This document shows, piece by piece, positions 1 to 8,793 of a stretch of DNA of 11,295 bases (its first letter is position 1; each line of letters opens with the position of its first letter). The DNA comes from Phycisphaeraceae bacterium (GTDB lineage Bacteria > Planctomycetota > Phycisphaerae > Phycisphaerales > UBA1924), in NCBI GenBank assembly GCA_021604785.1, contig BQJQ01000092.1, forward strand, positions 1-11,295. The letters are read 5' to 3'. A program made the position numbers and the translations under genes. The notes under the pieces are model-generated. The model had not been told where the DNA came from and searched no databases. It saw only the letters and a program-made list of their open reading frames with translations.

Positions 1-212
1 GTGATGGCGGCGACGGAGCCCGGGCGGACGGTGCCGCGGCCGTCAAAGAGCTCGACGAGCTCGCCGATTTTGAGGCGTTTGACGCGGACGGCGTGGTGGG
101 CCTCGTCGCCTTCGACAGCGATCGGGCCCGGCCCATCCTGCGAAGACGGGGCGTAGAGCCTGTGGTGCGCGGGGGTTGGGTCTGTGCGGGGTCCTCCCGC
201 GGTTCGGGGCAT
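1..212 (-). CDS. rsmE: 16S rRNA (uracil1498-N3)-methyltransferase RsmE, N-terminal fragment (5' part of gene; rest lies beyond window start)
   Basis: Minus-strand translation from ATG (complement of 210-212) gives MPRTAGGPRTDPTPAHHRLYAPSSQDGPGPIAVEGDEAHHAVRVKRLKIGELVELFDGRGTVRPGSVAAIT. This matches the characteristic RsmE N-terminus (R-[IL]-Y-x-P ... HH/HI-x-RVLRL-x-GD-x-[LV]-x-LFDG-x-G). Open to the window edge. The plus-strand ORF 93..482 on the opposite strand is R/G-rich garbage. Confidence 0.6.
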   Translation of the reverse strand, partial: MPRTAGGPRTDPTPAHHRLYAPSSQDGPGPIAVEGDEAHHAVRVKRLKIGELVELFDGRGTVRPGSVAAI

Positions 213-277
213 GGTCGACGGTACCGCGGATCGGGCTTGAGTTCGACCCGGGGCGGTCCGATCATCCGAGCGAGACC

Positions 278-1330
278 ATGCCGGACGGATCGGAGCAGAC
301 CGCGTCTCCCGCTGAACTCGAGGCTGAGCTTGCCAAGCTCACCTCCGAGTTGGAAGCCGAGTGCGCTCAGATCGAGGCGTCCGAGGACGCGGCCCCGGCA
401 GGGGCTTCGGTCTCGGCGGGGGTCGGTGAGGACGACGAGCCCGCGGGCGATGACGATCACGCCGACCTCGACGCGGCCCTGACGGGGTTGCTCAGCGAAT
501 CCGACAGCCCGTCGGACGGGTGGTCGGGGGACGACGACGCCGCTCCGCCACCGATCGATCTGGGGGCGGGCGGGCACGCGCCCAAAGCAACAGCCGAAGA
601 CGACGAAGGCACCGACCCGGACGCCAAGGCGGGCGCGGGGTTCGATCTGCCCGACGCTGAGCAGCAACTCGCGGAACTCGATCAGAGCCTCGCGGACCTG
701 ACAGCGGAGCTGCTGGGCGGCGGCGAGGAGGGTTCCTCGACGGCTGATGCGCCGGCTGCGAGCGTTCCAGCGGCTGAGCCGGTCGCCGCGACGAAGACTG
801 AACCCGCAGCAGCGCCCGCCGACGAACCCGCGGGTGCGGAAGGCACGCCCACCAGTACGCCCGACGATGACGCCGCGGAATCTGCTCCCGCGGGCGTGAC
901 CGCTTCGGAGAATGAGCCGACGGACTCACCGGTTGCGAGCGCGGGCGAGCCCGGGCGGATCGTGAGCGCGTGGCGCCGGGCGGAGCCGACGGTGCGGACC
1001 GCGGGCGAAGTCACGATGAAGGTCTACCGCGTCGTCGCGCCGCACGCGCGGACCGCGGGCATCGTCTCGGCACGGGCCGCGGCGCCGGTGGGTGCGCGGG
1101 CGTTGCTGCTCGCGTCCAAGCCGATCGAGACGCGGCCCAAGGCGGTGCGCGATTCGATCGGATGGCTGGCGCTGGGGACGCTGTTCGTCTCGGTGGTGAC
1201 GTGGTTCTTCGTGCTGGTCCGGTCGCCGGCGAGCCCGGTGGCGGTTGAGCAGCCCGCGGGGCTGCAGGACGCGGACGCGGCTCAGGGGGCAGCTGTGTCG
1301 GTCTCGGCCGCGGCATCATCGGACGGCTGA
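278..1330 (+). CDS. Hypothetical acidic, low-complexity (D/E/A/P-rich) protein with a short coiled-coil-like N-terminus and a single C-terminal transmembrane helix (tail-anchored).
   Basis: ORF-track ORF 176..1330 begins at TTG. The first ATG at 278 gives MPDGSEQTASPAELEAELAKLTSELEAECAQIE... Third codon positions are strongly G/C, as expected for coding sequence in this genome. The hydrophobic stretch IGWLALGTLFVSVVTWFFVLV lies about 50 aa from the C-terminus. Opposite-strand ORFs are R/P-rich antisense artefacts. No recognisable catalytic motifs. Confidence 0.5.
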   Translation: MPDGSEQTASPAELEAELAKLTSELEAECAQIEASEDAAPAGASVSAGVGEDDEPAGDDDHADLDAALTGLLSESDSPSDGWSGDDDAAPPPIDLGAGGHAPKATAEDDEGTDPDAKAGAGFDLPDAEQQLAELDQSLADLTAELLGGGEEGSSTADAPAASVPAAEPVAATKTEPAAAPADEPAGAEGTPTSTPDDDAAESAPAGVTASENEPTDSPVASAGEPGRIVSAWRRAEPTVRTAGEVTMKVYRVVAPHARTAGIVSARAAAPVGARALLLASKPIETRPKAVRDSIGWLALGTLFVSVVTWFFVLVRSPASPVAVEQPAGLQDADAAQGAAVSVSAAASSDG

Positions 1331-2414
1331 AGCGTCGCCCGCCAGTCGCGGTCCAGCGCGTCAAACCCCATGCCCAGCGCCTGCTTCGAAGCCTCATCGA
1401 CACCCAGCGCACCCAACGCCACGAGCCACGCGAACCCGCGCTCGCGGCCGAACCGTTCGAGCACGTACGCGACCATGCTGTGCCCCATCGGGTACGCCAG
1501 TCGCTGTTGCATGAACGTGTCTTCGTCGAAGACCGCAAGAAACTCGAACTCGACGAGCTTGTCGCCGGCGGCAAGCTTCGCGAGCCGCTCGTTCACGCCC
1601 GCGAGTTTGTCATGGATGCTCGACGCCGCGGCTTCGGCGACGCCCTCGTGCGCCCACCACGGCGTCGCGTCCCGCTCGATGCCCATCGCGAAGTAGAGCG
1701 CGTGCCCCAGCTCGTGCGCGATCACACGCTCGATCGATTCGGGCGTGCGCCCGGTGCGCCAGAGCATCTTGATCGACTCGCCCGGCTCGTACCACCCGCC
1801 CAGCGGGGGGTCGTAGGTGGGCGAGATCGACAGCTGCAGGTGCGCGACGTTGTCGTACAGCTTCACCGGGGGGAGCTCGGCGCCGGAGACTTCGAAGAAC
1901 GCCTCGACCCGCGGCGCCACCCGGGCGTACGCCGACCGGACCAGCTCGGCCTCGACCTCGAGCTCGGGCGTCGCGAGCACGCGGATTCGCGGATCGTCGG
2001 AGCGAGCGTGCTCCCAATCCTCCCCGGCGTACCGCCACACGCCGGCGGCGTCCCGCGTGAACCGGGCGTCGAACGTGGCCGATCGAGCTTCCGCTTCGGC
2101 GCTGGGCTGCCAACGCACGCGCACCGGCGCGACGAGCGTGTCACCCTCGGCCCGCGTGCGTCCCGCCCGCTCCAGCTCGAAGGCGGGCACCGCGTCCCCG
2201 GTGACGGCGTTGGCCAGATACCGCTGCTCGTGGGCGAAATACGGATCCGACAGGTCCACGTCCGCGAGGAACGAGCCGCCGTCCGACGAGCGCACGGCCT
2301 CAGTCAGCCGGCCCGCGAGGGCGTCGATTGCGTCGTCCTCGGGCGTTGCCACCGCGCACCCGAAGCCGGGCAGCAGCGCCGCCATCACGCCCACGCAAAG
2401 GAATGCCGCCCGCA

Positions 2415-2415
<1 letters not shown>
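1282..2415 (-). CDS. Secreted zinc metallopeptidase-like protein (gluzincin-type HEXXH...E, peptidase MA-like) with N-terminal signal peptide
   Basis: Internal ATG (complement of 2413-2415) gives MRAAFLCVGVMAALLPGFGCAVA|TPEDD, a hydrophobic signal peptide ending in AVA (an AXA-type signal-peptidase site). The zinc-binding motif VIAHELGHALYF is followed about 20 aa later by WWAHEGVAE, a candidate third ligand Glu. The upstream 141 codons of ORF 1282..2838 are antisense of asnS and were excluded. The stop at 1282-1284 overlaps the convergent gene by 49 nt. Confidence 0.65.
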
Positions 2416-3830
<1,415 letters not shown>

Positions 3831-3873
3831 GAATCGGGCTCCCGCAAGAGGTAGGAGCCGATCGTAGGTGTTC

Positions 3874-3897
3874 CGCGGCCCATCGGGAGAGCCGCGG
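3874..3897 (-). other. GC-rich stem-loop (7-bp stem CCGCGGC/GCCGCGG, 10-nt loop) in the 77-bp spacer between the DUF1559 gene stop and the asnS start. Possible attenuator or RNA processing/stability element; no T-tract follows, so not a canonical intrinsic terminator.
   Basis: Plus strand 3874-3880 ccgcggc and 3891-3897 gccgcgg are exact reverse complements. Confidence 0.25.
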
Positions 3898-3907
3898 CGG
3901 GCGGGCG

Positions 3908-4816
3908 TCAGCGCTGGAAAAAGTCCAGGTAGCCCCACTCGCGGCTGTTCTTGACCCGCAGCGCCCCGGCGAGCCCGTCCCACTGCATCTGCGCCCAGAT
4001 GATGTCGCCGTTGTAGGGGACGCGGACCATCACGTCGTGCGCGACGAAGTCCTTGGTGGGCTCCTCAACCGTCGCGCTCTCGCCCACAGCCGCGTCCCAC
4101 GGGCGGACGACGCCGTCGAGGTAGAGGATGTTGCCCTTGTCGCTGTGGCGGTCGGTGATCTGGTCCTGGGCGGCCCACTCGCCGTCCTGATACTCGTCGT
4201 CGTTGGGGCCTTTGCGCACGCCGTTGTAGAACCAGGTGCTCTCCTCGACGAAGATCGGGATCGAGTCGAAGAGGGTCAGGTACTCGTCGAAGTCCTCGTG
4301 CAGGACCTGCCGCAGCGGCGCGCCCTCGTACTTGCCCGCGGCCCGGTCGACGTACGCGAGCCGGGCCTGGTTGTAGAGTTGCACGCCCTGCACGCCGCGG
4401 ACCATCGTGTAGTCGAAATCGACCTGCGCGTCCTTGTACGTGAAGACGAGGCTCGCGTCGACATCGCCGGCGCCCTGGCGTTTGGCTTTGGGGCACCCGA
4501 GGACCTCGTCGGCGTTGCTGAGGTATTCAAAGACGGGCCCGGGTTCGTACTTCGGGCCGTCCGCAGGGACGGGGTTGATCGGGATCTTGGCCCATTTGCC
4601 GCCCTCGGGCCAGATGCGGTCCTTGTTGTCGCTGGCGTAGAGGTGCGTCGCCTGCCCGAGGCTGCGCATGTTGACGGCGCACGCGGTGCCCACAGCGGTC
4701 TCGCGCGCCTTGCCCAACGCGGGCAGGAGGATGCCGATCAAAAGCGCGATGATCGCGATGACCACCAGCAACTCGATCAGCGTGAATGCACGACAACGAT
4801 CATTGTTCTGAAACAC
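3908..4816 (-). CDS. Type IV pilin-like / pseudopilin-like protein of the DUF1559 (H-X9-DG) family with prepilin-type N-terminal methylation/TM domain
   Basis: GTG start (complement of 4814-4816) is preceded by GGGAGGG about 10 nt upstream. The N-terminus [10 protein letters not shown]|[29 protein letters not shown] is a classic class III (prepilin) signal but has Ala, not Gly, at -1. The C-terminal H-X9-DG motif is [12 protein letters not shown]. It is a paralogue of the next gene. Confidence 0.8.
   Translation of the reverse strand: MFQNNDRCRAFTLIELLVVIAIIALLIGILLPALGKARETAVGTACAVNMRSLGQATHLYASDNKDRIWPEGGKWAKIPINPVPADGPKYEPGPVFEYLSNADEVLGCPKAKRQGAGDVDASLVFTYKDAQVDFDYTMVRGVQGVQLYNQARLAYVDRAAGKYEGAPLRQVLHEDFDEYLTLFDSIPIFVEESTWFYNGVRKGPNDDEYQDGEWAAQDQITDRHSDKGNILYLDGVVRPWDAAVGESATVEEPTKDFVAHDVMVRVPYNGDIIWAQMQWDGLAGALRVKNSREWGYLDFFQR
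4698..4787. repeat. About 90-bp dispersed repeat, copy 1 (roughly 90% identical to 5714..5803). It corresponds to the conserved prepilin N-terminal helix coding region of the two DUF1559 paralogues.
   Basis: Alignment by eye gives about 9 mismatches over 90 nt, with no indels. It includes an identical 26-mer cgcgatgatcgcgatgaccaccagca. Confidence 0.7.
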
Positions 4817-4861
4817 TTCCGGGCCCTCCCTCTAGGCGCCAAGAAACGGGGTTTATCAAAT

Positions 4862-4874
4862 TGTAACTGTTACA
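4862..4874. promoter_or_regulatory. Perfect 6-1-6 palindrome TGTAAC-T-GTTACA in an AT-enriched spacer, 46-58 bp upstream of the GTG of DUF1559 gene 1. Candidate dimeric transcription-factor operator.
   Basis: Read directly: 4862-4867 tgtaac, 4868 t, 4869-4874 gttaca. The surrounding 4850-4875 is the most AT-rich stretch in the window. A TTGATA hexamer (minus-strand reading of 4853-4858) lies adjacent. Confidence 0.35.
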
Positions 4875-4947
4875 TCGGCCCGCGCCAAGCCCGCACCTTG
4901 AGAAGTTGGGGAATGCTCCTCTCGCCCGTTTGTACGGTATTTGATTG

Positions 4948-5823
4948 CTAGTAGAGTAGGTACTGGTTGATCCAGCCGTAGGACTGATCCACCTGGGAAG
5001 AGGTCCACCACGACACGGAACGGTACTTGGGCTTGCCGTTGAGCCGGATCTTGAAGTAGATCTCGTTGGCGATGAAGTCGGTGTTCTCCTGGGCTTGCTC
5101 AGACTCGCTCACGTAGGAGGGGAAGAACTCGACGCCGCCGTCGAGGGTGACGATCTGCCCGCCGCCGTCGTGGCGGGAGGAGATCTGGTCGAGGTTGCCC
5201 CAGAGCCCGTCGGTGTACACCGAGTTGTACCACTCGGCACTCTCCTCGACGAAGACCGGGGGCGAGCGGAAGCGGGTGAGTTTGTCCTCGCCGTAGGGCT
5301 CGCCGAACCCGGTGGGCAGGTGCGCGTCGGTGTACTTCCCGCCGACGCGGTCCACGTACCAGACCGTGCCGGGCAGGTCGGTGCGGGCGCCCTGCATGCC
5401 GGCGAAGAAGGTGTAGTCGAAGTCCACCTCGCCACTGGTGAACGCGTCGAGCACCGAGCGGTCCTCGCCCGTGACGGATCGGCGTTTGTTCTTCGGGCAG
5501 GCGAGGACCTCGTGGGTGTTGTCCACGTAGGCGTAGATCGCGCCGGGCTCCCAACGATCTTCGGACTCGTCCCACACGCGGGCCCAGGTCTCGGCGATAG
5601 CCCCGCCATCGTCCAACGCCACGGCCCAGATCTTGGTGTCGTGGTCGTTCGCGTACTGATGCGTTGCGACGCCGAGCTGGCGCGCGTTGGAGGCACACGC
5701 CACCCGCAACCCCGTCTCGCGCGCGTGCCCCAACGCGGGCAGCAGGATGCCGATGAGCAGCGCGATGATCGCGATGACCACCAGCAGCTCGATCAGCGTA
5801 AATCCGCGCTGTTTCCCGGTCAT
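4948..5823 (-). CDS. Type IV pilin-like / pseudopilin-like protein of the DUF1559 (H-X9-DG) family, paralogue of 3908..4816
   Basis: The preferred start is ATG (complement of 5821-5823), giving MTGKQRG|[29 protein letters not shown] with a canonical Gly at -1 and a 7-aa leader. An alternative in-frame ATG at 5841 would give the 13-aa leader [13 protein letters not shown]. The ORF-track GTG start at 6000 adds a 59-aa R/P-rich extension that I regard as non-coding. The H-X9-DG motif is [12 protein letters not shown]. Conserved blocks shared with the paralogue include EVL[GA]CPK[AN]KR, VDFDYT and P[IV]FVEES. Confidence 0.8.
   Translation of the reverse strand: MTGKQRGFTLIELLVVIAIIALLIGILLPALGHARETGLRVACASNARQLGVATHQYANDHDTKIWAVALDDGGAIAETWARVWDESEDRWEPGAIYAYVDNTHEVLACPKNKRRSVTGEDRSVLDAFTSGEVDFDYTFFAGMQGARTDLPGTVWYVDRVGGKYTDAHLPTGFGEPYGEDKLTRFRSPPVFVEESAEWYNSVYTDGLWGNLDQISSRHDGGGQIVTLDGGVEFFPSYVSESEQAQENTDFIANEIYFKIRLNGKPKYRSVSWWTSSQVDQSYGWINQYLLY
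5714..5803. repeat. About 90-bp dispersed repeat, copy 2 (pairs with 4698..4787)
   Basis: See copy 1. Confidence 0.7.
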
Positions 5824-5977
5824 CCGCGCCCCGCTGTTCATGACTTCACCGATGCCACCGCCCGGCGATCGGGCGGACGCGTGAGCGTACCAGACCGCCG
5901 CCGCGGGCCCAAGAAACGCGTGAAACCCGCGGTCCGGCGTAGAATCACCCGGCCTGCCCCTGCGCGGACAGGTCCGA

Positions 5978-5986
5978 AAAGGGGAG
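5978..5986 (+). promoter_or_regulatory. Shine-Dalgarno-like AAAGGGGAG, 5 nt upstream of the GTG start of the flotillin gene. A TAGAAT (-10-like) hexamer lies at 5939-5944.
   Basis: 5981-5986 ggggag, followed by aacc and GTG at 5991. tagaat at 5939-5944 is 47 nt upstream of the start. Confidence 0.4.
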
Positions 5987-5990
5987 AACC

Positions 5991-7601
5991 GTGTCCACAC
6001 TCGTCCTGCTGCTCGGCGTCGTTCTGGCGATCGCCATCCTCAGCCTGCTGTCCAAGACCAAGTCCCTCCCGCTCGTGCTCGCGGTGCTCACGGGTGCGCT
6101 GCTTGTGCTGATCATGGCGGTCGGGCTCGCGTCGATCCGGTTCGTCGGGTCGAGCCAGGTCGGGATCATCAAGAAGAACGCGTTCGGGCCGAGCCTCGCG
6201 GGCGGGCGGATCATCGCGACCGGGGGCGAGATGGGCATCCAGGCCGAGGTGCTGCCCCCCGGGTGGCACTTCGGGTACCTCCCGCTGATCTACCAGGTGG
6301 ACAACCGCTCGCTGATCGACATCAAGGAAGGGCAAGTCGGGCTGGTCGAGGCGCGCGACGGGCAGCCGCTCGATGCGGGCCAGCTCTTTGCGCCCGAGGT
6401 CCCCGGCACCGAGTTCAAGAAGATGCTCGACGACGCGGGCTACTTCCTCACCGCCGGCGGCGGGCGCAAGGGCCCGCAGTCCAACGTCCTCACGCCCGGC
6501 AAGTACCGCATCAACACCGAGCTGTTCAACGTCACCATGACCGACGCGACCGAGGTCACCCCCGCGGCGGTCGCCGTCCTCAAGAGCAACTTCGGCAACC
6601 CCCCCACGCTCGACGTCGCGCCGGCCCAGGGCGGCGAACCGGTCAGGCTTGCCATGCAGGGCGAGAAGGGCGTGCTGGCCGAGCCCCTCCCGCCGGGGAA
6701 GTACCCCGTGAACACCAAGGCGTTCAGCGTCTCGACCGTCTCGACCAAAGAGACCATCGTGCTCTTCACCGCCGCCCAGGCCCGGCGCGACGGCGGGGTG
6801 AACGCCGAGCAGCGCGAGATCACCGTCCGCACTTCCGACGGGTTCACATTCCCGGTTGACGTCCGCATCGAGTACCGCATCCAGCCCGTGGATGCGCCGA
6901 TCATCGTCGCCAAGCTCGGCTCCGATGGAGACCCGCTGCTCGCCAAGCTCAACTCGACGGTTCGCGCCATCTTCCGCAACAACGCCGAAGGCGTGAAGGC
7001 GCTGGACTACGTCAACCAGCGGTCCGAACAGGAACGCCAGTCGCTGGCGATGCTCCGCGAGGAGATGTCGCAGGTCGGCGTGACGGTGCTCGCGGTGCGC
7101 ATCGGCGACGTGGGCGATGAAGCCACACTGGGCGAACTGCTCAAGACGCAGCGGGACCGCGAGATCGCGGTGCAGGAGCAGATCACGCTCAAGGAACAGC
7201 AGAAAGCCGCGGAGGAGCAGAAGGAACTGAGCCGCACCGAGCAGGAGGGCGAGGAGGAACGCCGGCTCGCAACCGCGTCGTACCAGGTGCAGATCGCCGA
7301 GCAGGAGCAGCAGCAGCGGATCATCAAGGCGAACGCCGAGGCCGAGGCGATCCTGATCGAGGCCGAGGCACAGGCGAACGCGTACCAGCTCATCGCGACG
7401 CAGATCGGCAAAGGCAACGCGGCGCTGATCGAGGTGCTGCGGATCGTGGGCGAGAACAAGATCCAGATCACGCCCAAGGTCATGGTGACCTCCGACGGCT
7501 CGGGCTCGCGGGCCGCGGGCGCCCAGGGCAACCCCGAGACCATCGCCCTGATCGGGACGATGCTCGACCGGATGGTGGAGGACGAGCCGGACGCTCCCTG
7601 A
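5991..7601 (+). CDS. SPFH/band-7 domain membrane protein of the flotillin family (YqiK/FloT-like)
   Basis: GTG start with a strong SD. The N-terminal hydrophobic hairpin is [20 protein letters not shown]...[20 protein letters not shown]. The SPFH core follows ([12 protein letters not shown]..., [23 protein letters not shown]). A long E/Q/A-rich coiled coil with EA repeats ([26 protein letters not shown]) is the flotillin C-terminal signature. 536 aa. Confidence 0.85.
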   Translation: MSTLVLLLGVVLAIAILSLLSKTKSLPLVLAVLTGALLVLIMAVGLASIRFVGSSQVGIIKKNAFGPSLAGGRIIATGGEMGIQAEVLPPGWHFGYLPLIYQVDNRSLIDIKEGQVGLVEARDGQPLDAGQLFAPEVPGTEFKKMLDDAGYFLTAGGGRKGPQSNVLTPGKYRINTELFNVTMTDATEVTPAAVAVLKSNFGNPPTLDVAPAQGGEPVRLAMQGEKGVLAEPLPPGKYPVNTKAFSVSTVSTKETIVLFTAAQARRDGGVNAEQREITVRTSDGFTFPVDVRIEYRIQPVDAPIIVAKLGSDGDPLLAKLNSTVRAIFRNNAEGVKALDYVNQRSEQERQSLAMLREEMSQVGVTVLAVRIGDVGDEATLGELLKTQRDREIAVQEQITLKEQQKAAEEQKELSRTEQEGEEERRLATASYQVQIAEQEQQQRIIKANAEAEAILIEAEAQANAYQLIATQIGKGNAALIEVLRIVGENKIQITPKVMVTSDGSGSRAAGAQGNPETIALIGTMLDRMVEDEPDAP

Positions 7602-7644
7602 CCACCCGGGGCGGGCGGCTGCCCGAGCGCGCGTATTCTCCGCC

Positions 7645-8793
7645 ATGCGTTCTGACGCCGACACGTCGCGGATCTCCCCGCTCGGGCTGACCTGCGATCG
7701 GTACGTCGAGGCGTGCCGCGACGCGGGCATCGGCGCGGCACGCGCGACCGGGTGCTACACCAGGTACTACCGCGAGGGCGTAGGCGAAGGCCCCGCTGCG
7801 GGCGCCGAGGTCGCGCCGATCGTCAAGCGCCTCACCGAGCCCGGCGACGAGGGCGTGACGACCAAGTTCTGCCAGCGTCTCAACGCGCCCGACGCCGGCC
7901 GGTTCGCCGAGCAGGGCGTGCCGCACCTGGACATCGAGTCGGTCATCATCCCGATGGTCGGGCGGACAAGCCGCCGGTCACACACGCTGTGCGTGTCGAG
8001 CCAGGTCGGGTGCGCGATGGGGTGCGAGTTCTGCGAGACGGCGCAGATGGGGCTGGTCCGCTCGCTGACGCCCGCGGAGATCGTCGGGCAATGGTGGGCC
8101 GCGACGCATCTCGAGGGCGCCGAGATCGACAACATCGTTTTCATGGGCATGGGCGAGCCGCTCGACAACCTCGACGCGGTGCTCGACGCGATCGCCTGCC
8201 TGACCGACCACCGCGGCGCGGCGGTCCCCATGAGCAACATCACGATCTCGACCGTCGGACGCGTGGACGGGCTGCGCAAGCTCATCGACGTCGTCCAGCA
8301 GCCCGGGTGGAAACGCCTCGGGCTCGCGCTGAGTGTGAACGCGCCCAACGACGAGGTCCGCAACGCGATCATGCCGCTCAACAAGCGATGGGGCATGGCC
8401 GAGCTCCGCGACACGATGGTCGAGCTCTCCGCCGCCCGCAGCAACCGCAAGCTGCTCTTCGAGTACGTCCTGATCCCGGGCGTCAACGACGCGCCCGAGC
8501 ACGCGGGCCAGCTCGCCGAGTGGCTCAGCCCGTTCCTGCGCGCCGAGCGCGGCAAGCACATCGGCCTGCTCAACGTCATCCCGTACAACCCGCGCCGGAA
8601 CTCGCCCTGGCCCGCCCCCGACGAGGACGACGTGACCCGATTCGTCGACGACCTCCGCGACCTGGGGGTGTACGCGAAGCGCCGGCGGACCAAGGGTCGG
8701 ACGAGCATGGCCGCCTGCGGGCAGCTGGGGACCGAGGACATCCGCAAGCGCCAGTACGTCCCCGTGACGACGACCGGGGCGACGCGTGCCTGA
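7645..8793 (+). CDS. rlmN: Radical SAM 23S rRNA/tRNA adenine C2-methyltransferase RlmN (RlmN/Cfr family)
   Basis: ATG at 7645. The protein has the Cys-x3-Cys-x2-Cys radical-SAM cluster and the family-specific region TLCVSSQVGCAMGCEFCETAQMGLVRSLTPAEIVGQ. Other matching motifs are GMGEPLDN, ITISTVG, LALSVNAPNDEVRNAIMPLNKRW and LFEYVLIPGVNDAPEHAGQLAEWL. The C-terminal TKGRTSMAACGQL holds the conserved mechanistic Cys. 382 aa matches RlmN size. Confidence 0.9.
   Translation: MRSDADTSRISPLGLTCDRYVEACRDAGIGAARATGCYTRYYREGVGEGPAAGAEVAPIVKRLTEPGDEGVTTKFCQRLNAPDAGRFAEQGVPHLDIESVIIPMVGRTSRRSHTLCVSSQVGCAMGCEFCETAQMGLVRSLTPAEIVGQWWAATHLEGAEIDNIVFMGMGEPLDNLDAVLDAIACLTDHRGAAVPMSNITISTVGRVDGLRKLIDVVQQPGWKRLGLALSVNAPNDEVRNAIMPLNKRWGMAELRDTMVELSAARSNRKLLFEYVLIPGVNDAPEHAGQLAEWLSPFLRAERGKHIGLLNVIPYNPRRNSPWPAPDEDDVTRFVDDLRDLGVYAKRRRTKGRTSMAACGQLGTEDIRKRQYVPVTTTGATRA

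Noticed and set aside
93-482. Plus-strand ORF (129 aa). The same frame is open from the window start and encodes DGGDGARADGAAAVKELDELADFEAFDADGVV...
   Set aside because: It lies antisense to a convincing RsmE N-terminal match on the minus strand. After the first 40 codons it becomes R/G/P-rich nonsense, and it overlaps the better-supported 278..1330 gene.
3831-3983. N-terminal 51-codon extension of the asnS ORF ([22 protein letters not shown]...)
   Set aside because: The extension is R/P/G-rich, with no counterpart in AsnRS. The ATG at 3830 gives the canonical [10 protein letters not shown] start and has a GGGAG SD.
5842-6000. N-terminal extension of the DUF1559 gene 2 ORF from GTG at 6000 ([22 protein letters not shown]...)
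   Set aside because: Prepilin leaders are short (about 6-15 aa). The extension is R/P-rich, overlaps the flotillin start/SD region, and covers the intergenic hairpins.
5838-7730. 630-aa minus-strand ORF opposite the flotillin gene, plus several other long ORFs (1480..2568 +, 2328..3854 +, 4037..4951 +, 5095..6111 +, 7713..8885 +, 7767..8747 -, 7978..8841 -)
   Set aside because: All are antisense or alternate-frame shadows of genes with strong motif support. Their compositions (R/L/D/G/V runs) are not protein-like.
7645-8793. Possibility that the radical SAM methyltransferase is a Cfr-type antibiotic-resistance enzyme rather than housekeeping RlmN
   Set aside because: Sequence motifs are shared by both. 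Its size, its chromosomal context next to housekeeping genes, and the absence of mobile elements favour RlmN. This cannot be settled without a phylogeny.
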